In this document: positions 39,294 through 51,200 of the stretch, in pieces | How positions within the stretch are numbered: the first letter of the stretch is position 1 | Layout: every line of letters starts with the position of its first letter | From: Octopus sinensis | Lineage: Eukaryota | Assembly: GCF_006345805.1 (NCBI RefSeq) | Contig: NC_043019.1 | Location: 12,151,360-12,215,359, forward strand | DNA length: 64,000 bases | Direction: 5' to 3' | Notes under the pieces: model-generated | Databases searched by the model: none | The model's input: the letters and a program-made list of their open reading frames with translations, nothing else | Told to the model about the DNA's origin: nothing | Made by a program: the position numbers and the translations under genes

Positions 39294-42200
39294 TTGTGTG
39301 TCTGTGTTTGTCCCCCGCAACATCGCTTGACAACTGATGCTAGAGTGTTTAGGTCCCTGTAACTTAGCGGTTCAGCAAAAGAAACCAATAGAATAAGTAC
39401 TAGGCTTACAAAGAATAATTCCTGGGGTCGATTTGCTCGACTAAAAGGCGGTGCTCCAGCATGGCCGCAGTCAAATGACTGAAACAAGTAAAAGAGTATA
39501 GTGCTCCAACATGGCCACAGCCTAATGACAAACCAGTAAAAAAGAGGGAAAGAAGATAAAATAAAAAGATATCGGGGATGAATGTAATCAACTATAACCT
39601 AGAATCCATTGGACTGTACTCCAAATGGACTTAGCCCAGCGGCTGAACAAAATAATATAGAATCTGTGAGGTGTGATTTAAGAGATTTGGCAGCTATTTC
39701 TTGCAGGTCGAGAAAGATGCTCGGCCAACCCTTATGATGTAAAGATGATGGGGTGTGTGGTGGAGGAATTGAAAGACAAGTCGTCCCCACCACCCATCCA
39801 CCCCACCACCCATCCACCCATCCACCCCAGCCACCACCCATCCACCCATCCACCCCACACAGCCGATTGCAAAAGACTACTTACAACAGTTTCTTCAAAA
39901 TCTCGATCGTAATCAGTATCTGATTTCTCTTCTTCCTCGTCATCCTCATCATCGAGGTCCCCGAAATGGGAGCCAGGGGAAGATGGGGCCTACAATGGTC
40001 GGGGAACAACGCGGAACCATTAGAAAGTGGTTTATAACAAAATAAATAAAAACAAGACAAATATTTGGGAAAAAATTTACAAAACAAAAATATTTTGTTC
40101 ATTTAGTGAGTGGTTTTAGCTTACTTCCTAACTACATGACCAGGGGTTCAACCCCACAGCACAGTACCTTGGGCAAGTGTCTTCTACTTCAGCCTCAGGG
40201 TGACCATAGCTTTCTAAGTGGATTTCGTATACAGAAACTGAAAGACATACCATGCATGTGTGTGTCAGTGTTTCCATGCTTTTTGCCACTATAGATCTAT
40301 TGGAGATGTTTTCCCCCGAGACAAAAACTGCAGTTTTTTGGCTTTCTGCAGTATATCCACATTAAGTAAGGTATACAGAATGCTATTTTGAACTAATACT
40401 GCATCTATTACTGATAATGAATTTATGTTCAGCCTGCCAGCTAATAGCAACATTAGAGATGTGTTAATCACTACTTTTCTCTATATCAATAGAGACTAAA
40501 TTCGTCTAACTACACAGTAGATAGCGGACACTTACTACTGATGATGCCCAAAGAAGCAGAAATCTGGACTTGACAATTCCACTGCCACTGCTTGGTGCTT
40601 TTTGTCTGCTGCTGATATACTTCTGTGCTTTTTAGCACTATACATCTATACGAGATATTTTCTTGAAACAAATGCTACAGTTTTCTGGCTTTCTGCAGTA
40701 TATCCACATTAAGTAAGATATACAGAATGCTATTTTGAACTAATGCTGCTTCAGTCACTAATAATGAATACATCATTGCCATTTAATGTCTGTTTTCCAT
40801 GCTAGCATGGGTTGGACAGTGACTAATGCATACTAATCATATGCAAATCAGTTCTCAATCTCTTTCTATTGGTCATGGCTATGTGGTATGAAGCTTACTT
40901 TGCAACCAAATGGTTCTGGGTTCAGTCCCACTACATGACACCTTGGGCAAGTGTCTTCTACTATAGCCTCAGGCCAACCAAAGCCTTGTAAGTGAATTTG
41001 GTAGATAGAAACTGAAAGAAGCCCATCGTATATATGTATATATCAATGTATGTGTTTTTGTTGGCCCTCCACCACCACTTGGCAACCGGTGTTGGTGTGT
41101 TTATGTCCCTGTAACTTAGTTCGGCAAAACAGAGCAATAGAATAAGTACAAGGCTTAAAAAAAGTAAGTCCTGGGGTAGATTTGTTTGACTAAAAAAGCC
41201 ATTCAAAGCAGTGCACCAGCATGGCCACAATCAAATGAATGAATCAAGCAAAAAGTAAAAGTAAAGATAAACGATACATTGTATGAAACATGGAGAACTG
41301 CCAAAAGTACCCCCACTGTCAAAAATTACAGAAAGTACCCCACCCCTATCAAAAATAACAGAAAGTAGACCCCCCCCTAAAAAATTAACTTGGTCGCCAG
41401 ATTTCAAATGTACAAGTACAGAAGTAATTTAAATTTGACATTCATTTTTACTATGCTGTGTGATTAGGTTGGCTACTTGTTAGTTTGTTTTACATCTGTT
41501 TTCACATGTTTGCATGGGTTAGACAAATACAGGAGGTAGTATCAAAAAGTTCCTGAACTAGTTCTGTAATACAGTTCTATATTTAAGAGATGAGGAATTA
41601 TGGACATTATTTACATTTGACAGATATTTGTCCTCATCTTGTTTGTTGTTAACACAATGTTTCAGCTGATACACCCTCAAGCCTTCATCAGGTGCCTTGG
41701 GGAAATTTCGAACCTGGGTCCTCATTCCTAAGGTATTTTTCGATATCATTATAATTATTATTATTATTATTATTATTCAGGTCATTGCTTGGAATCGAAC
41801 TCAGAATCTTGGGGTTAGTAGCCCATGCTCTTAACCATTATGCCATATGCCCACGGGCACATGTATGCTGTAGTCTGCAGTTTTGTCATGGACAGGAACA
41901 AACAGCCACCATAATATTTTGTGCTAAACTTGAGAAGTCTGCTACAGAGACATTGACCATGCTTCAGTAAGCTTATGGCAATGAGGCAATGAGCTGTACG
42001 CAATATTTTGAGTGGCATGGATGCTTCAAAAGTAGAACATCCCTGGAAGAAGACGAGTGATGTGGAAGACCTACCATGAGTGTCACCCTTGGAAATGTGG
42101 TATTGTACATCAAGAATTTGTCCCTGAAGGCTAGACCATCAATTGGGAATTCTACTGCAGTGTTTTGAAGCATTTGAAGGAGGACATTCAACGAAAGCAA

Positions 42201-45200
42201 CCAGATCCGTGGAGCGTGAAGAATTGGATTCTTCACAATATTCCCAGTCACCAATCTCTCCTCACTTGTGAGTTTCTCATCACCATCATCATCATCGTTT
42301 AACGCCCGCTTTCCATACTAGCATGGGTTAGACGATTTTGACTGAGGGTTGGCAAACCAGATGGCTGGACCAGGCTCCAATCTTGATCTGGCAGAGTTTC
42401 TACAGAGTTTCCTAACGCCAACCACTCTGAGAGTGTAGTGGGTGTTTTTTAGGTGCCACCGGCACAGGGGCCAGTCAGGAGGTACTTGCAATGACCTCAC
42501 TCGAATCTTTTTACACATGCCACTGGCACAGGTGCCAGTAAGGCAATGTTGGTAACGATCACGCTCGAATGGTGCCCTTTTACGTGCCACAGCATGGGGG
42601 CCAGTCAGGCGGTACTGGCAATGACCTCACTCGAATCTTTTTACACATACCACCGGCACAGGTGCCAGTAAGGTGATGGTTCTCATCAAAAAGAAAATCG
42701 TATTGATTCCACACCTGCTCTATTCGCCAGATTTAGCACCTGTGGACTTCCGTCTCTTCCCCAAGATGAAAATGCAGTTAAAAGGTCAGTTTTAACACTT
42801 GTCAAAATCCACAGCAAATCGCACAGAATGTCCTTCACTCACTCACGGAGGAGGATTTCCAGGCCAGATTCCAAAAGAGGCAAGAATGCTGGGACCAATG
42901 TATTGCCACAAAAGTAACTATTTCGAAGGAGATGATGTTAAAACTGAGGCAAATAAATTTTTTTTTATTTTTATTTAATCAAACACAACTAGTCTGAGAA
43001 CTTTTTGATACCACCTAATATTACTGAGGTATTGTTTTACAGCTAGGTACCCTTCCTGCCACTACCCATTTTCATGTGAGGGGGTCTGTTATTACATAGG
43101 TCTTTGAAAGTGCAGAGTTAACGGATGATTTGTTGACAGGAGAAGTGACACCAATATCGTTTGTTGCAATTTATAGAGAACAAATGTAAAGAGAGAGAGA
43201 CGCACATGGACATTCATGCATGCACACATGGATGTGTGGGCATGTAGCCAAGTGGTTAGGGGATTTGGCTTGTGATCATAAGGTTGTGAGTTCAATACCT
43301 GGCAGTATGTTATGTCCTTGAGCAAGACACTTTATTTTACACTGCTCCAGTCCACTCAGCTGGCAAAAATGAGTTGTACTGGTAATTTAAAGGGCCAGTC
43401 TTGACACATTTTGTGTCATGCTGAATCCCCTTGAGGACTACATTAAGGGGACACAAGTCTGTGGAGTGCTCAGCCACATGCATATTAATTTCATGAGTAG
43501 TCTGTTCTGCTGATCGGAGTAACTGGAACCCTTGCTGATGTAACTGACAAAGAACCAGTCTTTTTCTTTTACGTGGCACGTAAAAAGCACCCACTACACT
43601 CTCGGAGTGGTTGGCGTTAGGAATGGCATCCAGCTGTAGAAACTCTGCCAGATCAAGATTGGAACATGATACAGCCATCTGGTTCACCAGCCCTCAGTCA
43701 AAATCGTCCAACCCATGCTAGCATGGAAAGCAGACGTTAAACGGCATGTGCAAAAAGATTCGAGCAAGGCCGTTGCCAATACCATCTGACTGGCCCCCGT
43801 GCCGGTGACACCTAAAAAGCACCCACTACACTCTCAGAGTGGTTGGTGTTAGGAAGGGCATCCAGCTGTAGAAACTCTGCCAGATCAAGATTGGAACCTG
43901 TTGCAGCCATCTGGTTCGCCAGCCCTCAGTCAAAATCGTCCAACCCATGCTAGCATGGAAAGCGGACATTAAACGATGATGATGACACACACACTGCAGG
44001 CTTCTTCCAGTTTCCATCCACAAATTCACTTGCAAATAATTGGCCATTCTAGGATTATAGTGAAAGACACTTGCCCAAGGTACCACGAAACGGAACTAAA
44101 TCCAAAACTATGTGGCTGGTAAGCAAACTTCTTATCACACCACAGTCGTGTCATCCAACCAAAATCATAAAACTACTCATAACGAAAAAACTAATACAAA
44201 TACACATTATTTTCAAAATTAACTAAATTTACACTATTTACTGGGGTGTAGGGAACTGTTTTCGTTAACTATGTTGTGTCAAAATACACTTCGTCCAGCT
44301 TGAAACTACCTAAATTAGTAAGCTTAATTGGAAGGATGAATAAATTTAAAAGTATCACAGATAAAGGAAAAGCATAGAGAATATGATTATAGGATACATG
44401 TACGACATGCAAACCTCAACACATGCAAACTAACAGGTTTACTGGATGCACAAATATTCACGCAAACATTACTGAAGTACAATGCTGACTTGGAGGGAGG
44501 TGGAGGTTGAGGTTTTACAAAGTGATCGTTTGTCTCTTACATTGATTTCATGCAATTAACGCATAGGTTTTCATTTTGAGAAGTATCGTGAAGCAAGAGG
44601 GAGAGGTAATCATGAGGTAGGGAGAGTCAGGTGTGAGGTGAGAGGATCAGTCGTGAGACAGGAGGGGGAGGCCATGAGACAGGAGGGGGAGGCCACAGGA
44701 TCCTTGAGGCAGGATCCTCAAGACAGGAGGGGGAGGCCACAGGACGAGAGCGGAGGTCGCGAGAGGGGAGGTAAGGTCACAAGAGGGGGAGGTGACTTGT
44801 GAGGCTGAGGAAAGGGGAAAGTCAGTCATGAGGCAAGGTGGGAGGTCAGATGTGAAGCAGAGAGGGAGAGGGTTCAATCATTAAACAGGGTGAAGGTATC
44901 AGTTGTGAAGTGGATTGGGAGTGGGGTCAATCGTGAAGCAGGGCAGGGGAGTCAGTTGTGAAATAGGATGGGAGGAGGGGTCAGTCATGATTGAGGTGAG
45001 AAATCAGTTGTGAGGTGAGGGACATTGCTGGGTGAGGGTGGAGCCACTGGTACAATGCCAAAGAAAGGGTGGAGCTAATGAAACAAGTAGTACAATGGCT
45101 GAGAAGAAAGGGTGGAGCCACTGGTGATACCAGTGTTGTTAATGGCAGTAGAAAGACAGACAACCGTTTGTAATGGTGCACGTAATAATTGTGTCAAGGT

Positions 45201-48200
45201 AGACAGTGACAGTCAAAATGAAACTCAAATATATCAATATGCCACATCAAGTTGAGCATTAAAAGATCGAATTGAACTGATGCTCTAATTGAGTGTCAAG
45301 AGGTCGAGCTGAGCAGCAAGAGCCGAGTGCCAAGAGGTCGAGCTGAGCAGCAAGAGCGAGTGTCAAGAGGTCGAGCTGAGCAGCAAGAGCCGAGTGTCAA
45401 GAGGTCGAGCTGAGCAGCAAGAGCCGAGTGCCAAGAGGTCGAGCTGAGCAGCAAGAGCCGAGTGCCAAGAGGTCGAGCTGAGCAGCAAGAGCCGAGTGCC
45501 AAGAGGTCGAGCTGAGCAGCAAGAGCCGAGTGCCAAGAGGTCGAGCTGAGCAGCAAGAGCCGAGTGTCAAGAGGTCGAGCTGAGCAGCAAGAGCCGAGTG
45601 TCAAGAGGTCAAGCTGAGCAGCAAGAGCCGAGTGTCAAGAGGTCGAGCTGAGCAGCAAGAGCCGAGTGTCAAGAGGTTGAGCTGAGCAGCAAGAGCCGAG
45701 TGTCAAGAGGTCGAGCTGAGCAGCAAGAGCCGAGTGTCAAGAGGTCGAGCTGAGCAGCAAGAGCCGAGTGTCAAGAGGTCGAGCTGAGCAGCAAGAGCCG
45801 AGTGTCAAGAGGTCGAGCTGAGCAGCAAGAGCCGAGTGTCAAGAGGTTGAGCTGAGCAGCAAGAGCCGAGTGTCAAGAGGTTGAGCTGAGCAGCAAGAGT
45901 CGAGTGTCAAGAGGTTGAGCTGAGCAGCAAGAGTTGAGCTGAGTGTTAAAAGGTTGAGCTAAGCATCAAAAAATAGCTAAGTGTTATAAGATCACATTGA
46001 GCATTAAAAGATCAAGTCAAGCATTAAAAGATAGAGTTGAGCATTAATATGCAGTGAAACTAGTTGAGTGTTAAAAGATACATCCAGCTGTAAAAAAAAA
46101 ACAAAAAAAAAAAAACTAACCTCTTGTCAAAAAAGAACCTATGTTTACAGAAAGCTATACAGAGACCATATCTATGTTTAAACAGTATGGTCTCCATAGT
46201 TTAGACACAGAACACTGAAATGATCCACTCCAATATCCAGTACAGTGGTAGTATAGAATATCAACAACCCCTCCCTATTTTAAACAATAAAGGCAATGTA
46301 AGCTTGAGAAATGTGGGACAAATGAAGGAACCTCCATGTGGTCACACCAGCTGTTAGAAATAGCAGCCAAATTTCTCTCGAATCACACAAATACACTGTC
46401 TCTTTGAATAACGAGAACAGGGAATTAATTGTTGGACATGGTAGTTGTTTGAATAAATATACTGACCACAGTGCCTGTGTGGGCAAATGTGCTGAGTCTA
46501 CTTACTGCATGGTCACAAGTTCAAACCTTGCAAGAAGTGTTCAACTTGTAGCCACTTGGCTTGGTACACTGCTTGACTGGTCAACTTGGCTAACACCAAA
46601 ACTAACCAGTTCCCACCCAGTTCACACTTAAAGTATCTCAAGACAAGAACAGGGGTGATAAGAAAAAGATACCCCACTCATGTTTACCAAAAACAGTTAT
46701 AGTAAAAGAGATAAATCGGTACAGGTATGACTGCGTTGTAAGAACCACATGGTTCTGGGTTCAGTACCACTGAGTGATACCTTTGGCAAGTGTCTTCTAC
46801 TATAGCTTCAGGCCAACCAAAGCTTTGAGTGGATTTGGTAGATGGAAACTGAAAGAAGCCTATATGTGTGTATCTACGGAGTTGATTTGTTCAACTAAAA
46901 CCCTTAACCCTTTAGCATTCAAACCGGCCATATCCAGCCAAAATATTTAACCTGTTTTATATTGAAACTGACCAGATCTCGCCTCTCACCTCAGCCCTAC
47001 CATGTTATTCTAAAACTAAAAAATTACATCACTGAAATCTCTAAACTACAAGATAATGCATGATTAATTCAAACCATTTTAAATAAACAAACATCACATT
47101 TGACAGAATAATCTGAACACTAAAGGGTTAAAGGCAATGCTCCAGCATGGCCAGAGTCAAATGACTGAAACAAGAATAAAATACGTATACCAATGTTTCT
47201 CAACCCTTTTTTTTTTTACCTATGGTCCCCTTTGATTCCTATTCTATTCAGATGGACCCTCTTAGCCATTCGATGTATAAAAAAAATATATATTTTTATA
47301 ATTAACCCTTTAGTATTCAGATTACTCTGCCAAAACTGATATCTATGTATTCAGGTCTTCTGAATTAATCCTACACTATCTCAAAGTCTGGCCAGTTCGA
47401 ACACAAGTAGAATATTTGTGCCAGATATGGCCAGTTCAAACACAAGTAGAATATTTGGGCCAGATCTGGCCAGTTCGAACAAGTAGAATATTTGGGCTAG
47501 ATATGGCCAGTTAAAATTCTAAAGGGTCAAATATTACTAGGAATTGTACAGGGTGATTGAAAAGTAACTCCCTGTTTTAAAATACTTATAAACTATTAAT
47601 TGTAATTTTCTCAAATTTTTTGTGAGCCCATATCAAATTTTAAACAGAACCCCATACTAAAACCTTTCCTCTCATATCCATTTTTGCAAAAATTACAATT
47701 AATTTATAAGTAGTTTAAAATAAGGAGTTACTTTTCAATCCCCTTGTATATTGTAGAATTATATTATTAGGAATTTTGTGTATTGTGGAAGTATAACCAA
47801 TTTATTGCACCATAAACTTTAACAATAAAATCTTATAAGGACCCCAGTTGAAAACCACTGATGTGTACTATAAATCAACCCGAGTATGTTACTGGTATTA
47901 ATTTTAAGCCATCATTTTCCAATGGTAAATAAATTGGCCCTAATATGGTAGTCAAGCTTCAAAGTTGGTACTCCACTATATAGACTGACCTCATCCCCAA
48001 ACCAACAACACAAGGGCTTTGTTGTAGAGTGCTTACAATAGTATAATTTGGGGATAGGAAATACTTATGGTTGGTCTGTCATAACTACGTTATTGTCACT
48101 ACTCAACTGGCAACACCAAGCCAGTTTTGTAGTAGAGTTGTGACAATAATATAGTCTTAGGGTTGAGGTAATAGGACTTGTGTATCTCGCAACCAACACA

Positions 48201-51200
48201 AAATTGGTTTCCGAGTAACGGATAAAGACCTCTTTCGGTCATGAATGACCGTGGGAATGCACCTACAAAGTTACCCTCCAAGGCACAAGTCTGAGCAAAG
48301 TTGTTTATGGAAGAACAGCAGTCACCCATGCATACCAGTATTCAACTGGTACTTATTTTATCAATTCCAAATGGATGAAAGGCAAAGTCGGCCTTGCAGG
48401 AATCTGAACTCAGAACATAAAGGCAAACGAAATGTCGCTATAATAATAATAATAATATAACTTAGGAGTTGAAATTCTGTATCTAACTTGTTCGTCTGTA
48501 AGCCTTGGGTTTGTAGCAGGACAGTAATAATAATGATTTCAGTTTGTGGCACAAGGCCAGCAAGTTTGTGAGAGGGGATAAGTCGATTACATTGACCCCC
48601 AGTGTTCAAATGGTACTTATATTATCGACCCTGAAAGGAAAGGCAAAGTTGACCTCAGAGGAATTTGAACTCAGAACGTAGATACAGACAAAATGTCACT
48701 AAGCATTTTGCCTGGCACACTAGCTTAGGAGGTGAGATTATTTATAGGACTCGGCCATACAACACCCAACATAAGGGTCTTGTAGTAAAGCAGTGACGAT
48801 AATATAGTTTGTAATTGAAGTTTGAAGACCCATCCTAATAATATGTTGAAAGTATGACCCCTCCACCTGTAATAAAATCGACCTTGGTCAATTTTATTAT
48901 AGAATTGTGATAAAGATGTAGTTTTGGGGCTGAGAAAAAAAATTATATGACTTGTCATTCTCTCACCTGTATTCACTAAAAGGATCTTAAATCCTTCACA
49001 CTAATCTGTCATCTTAATATAAAGTAAAAGTTATACTTTTATAAAATAATCCTAAATTATTCACATATCTCTGCCAACTTTAATTGATCTCAAAGTGATG
49101 GAAAAGTTAATTGATCTCAAAGTGATGGAAAATTAACCCTTTATGAATTAGAGTTAACATATTTGCTGAATGTATGCAAAGAGATGGAAGAAGTTAATTA
49201 GCCATTTTTATAAATTATAAAAATTAAAAATTTATAAAATATTAATTTTTACAATTTTTTTTCTTTTGTCAGCAGGACAACATTCCGAAACATTAATTAA
49301 GGTACTTAAAAAGTTCAAGCCCACACCAAAGAGAGATTTTTTTAATAATGAGCAACAATGCCAAAATGAATAATGAAATCCAGCAATCTTTTGTCACCTG
49401 TTATTGCCAAGAAAGAAAAAAAGGAGGAAACCACCGGAGAGAGAAAGAGAGAGAGAGAGAAGGATCTCCCATGCAACATGCTTTCTAATTATTAATTTAT
49501 GTAGATGCAAAGCCTGAAATATAGAAAATAAGAATGTTTAATTAGATGAAGTCCCAGTACAAAACTGGTATGTGTTTTATCAACCACAAAAGCAAGACAG
49601 GTAACATGGTTCCTTATGGGATGTGAATTCTGAACATAAAGGTAGACAGCTAAATTCGTCATCATCATCATCATCATAATTCAGCATCCAATTCCATGCT
49701 GGCACTGCTCGGATGGTTTGATAATCTAAGAGATCAGAGAACTGCATCAAGCTCCAATGTCTGTTTTGGAGTGCTTCTGTCCCTGGCACCACTTGGCAAC
49801 TGGGATTGGTTTGATTACTTGTCTGTAACCTAGCAGTTCAGCAAAAAGAAACTGACAGAATTAGTAGCAGATCTAAGAAAAAGGAAAAAGCACTAGGGTT
49901 GATTTCTTCAACTAAATCCTTCGAAGCAGTGTCCCAGCATGGCCACAATCCAATGACTTACTTCCCAATCACATGGTTCAGGGTTCAGTCCCACTGCATG
50001 ACACCTTGGGCAAGCATCTTTTACTATAGCCTCAGGTTGACCAAAGTCTTGTGAGTGGATTTGGTAGATGGAAACTGAAAGAAGCCTGTTGTAAATCGTG
50101 TGTGTGTTTGTAACCCACCCCCTTCCCATGATCCCCTGACAACTGGTGTTGATGTGTTTATGCCCCTGTAACCTAGTGGTTCAGCAAAAGAGACCAAAAC
50201 CCTTCAAAGCAGTGCCCCAGCATGGTCAGTTAAATGACTGAAACAAGTAAAAAGATTATATATATACACACACGAGGTATGATCAAAATGTATCCAGACT
50301 GTTGCCATAGTAACGAAGCTAAACCTTACAGAGTGAAGCTGCTTGGCAAAGATTGACCTTGAAATCTGCTGTGCATGCACATTAAGTTTTATTACTCCAG
50401 CATGGCCCCTTGTATTTTGTAGACAGAGACTGATGTCATGCAACTGGCACTTATAATAATAATGAAATTATTGTATACAGTGCTCAGGTGCACCACAACT
50501 TGTCAGAAAGTGCATATAAAGTACATGCAGTAATGTAGAAATGTCTGGAAAGCGAACAATGTACGAGTCAGATACATGCTTGTGTGTGTATGAAGGGGAG
50601 AAAATCAAGTGTAGTGTTGGCGAATCTCAGGAAGCATGGAAGTTTTGAAGGATGCAGGGCTCCAACAACTAACAACTGATGCCGGCAGTTTGTTCCATGC
50701 TTCAGCAACTCTCAGCGTGAAAAAATGTTTCCTGAAATCATGGGAGCTGTGCTGTTTTCTTAGTTTGTAAATATGTCCACGAGTGTTAGATGGGTGGAGT
50801 TTGAAGAGGTGCTCAGAGTTATTGTTTGTGCGAGTTATTGTTTAAAAGCACTCTCAGAGTGGTTGGCATTAGGAAGGATATCCAGCCATAGAAATCGTGC
50901 CAAATGAGGATGGGTACAACCTCTCAGCTTAACAGCCTTAGTGAAACCATCTAACCCATGCCAGCATGGACAATGGACGTTAAATGATGTATGTTCTTGT
51001 ATCTATCTGCATTTATATTCTGAATTCAAATCCCAACCTGGTTTGCTTTGTATTTCATTTATCTGAACTCTAAAGTAAATATTAAGGTGAATGTAATTAA
51101 CGGAACCATTAAAAGGTAGTGCTCCAGTTTGGTCACAACCCAATGACTGAACCCAATAAAAAAATAAAGTTTTTTTTTTTAAATTTAATTCGTTTTTTTT

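Noticed and set aside
40283-40770. About 120-bp direct repeat upstream of the 105-nt exon
   Set aside because: Diverged local duplication with no structural or coding signal
45294-45933. CRISPR-like regular array
   Set aside because: Units abut with no unique spacers, the context is a eukaryotic intron, and there are no cas genes
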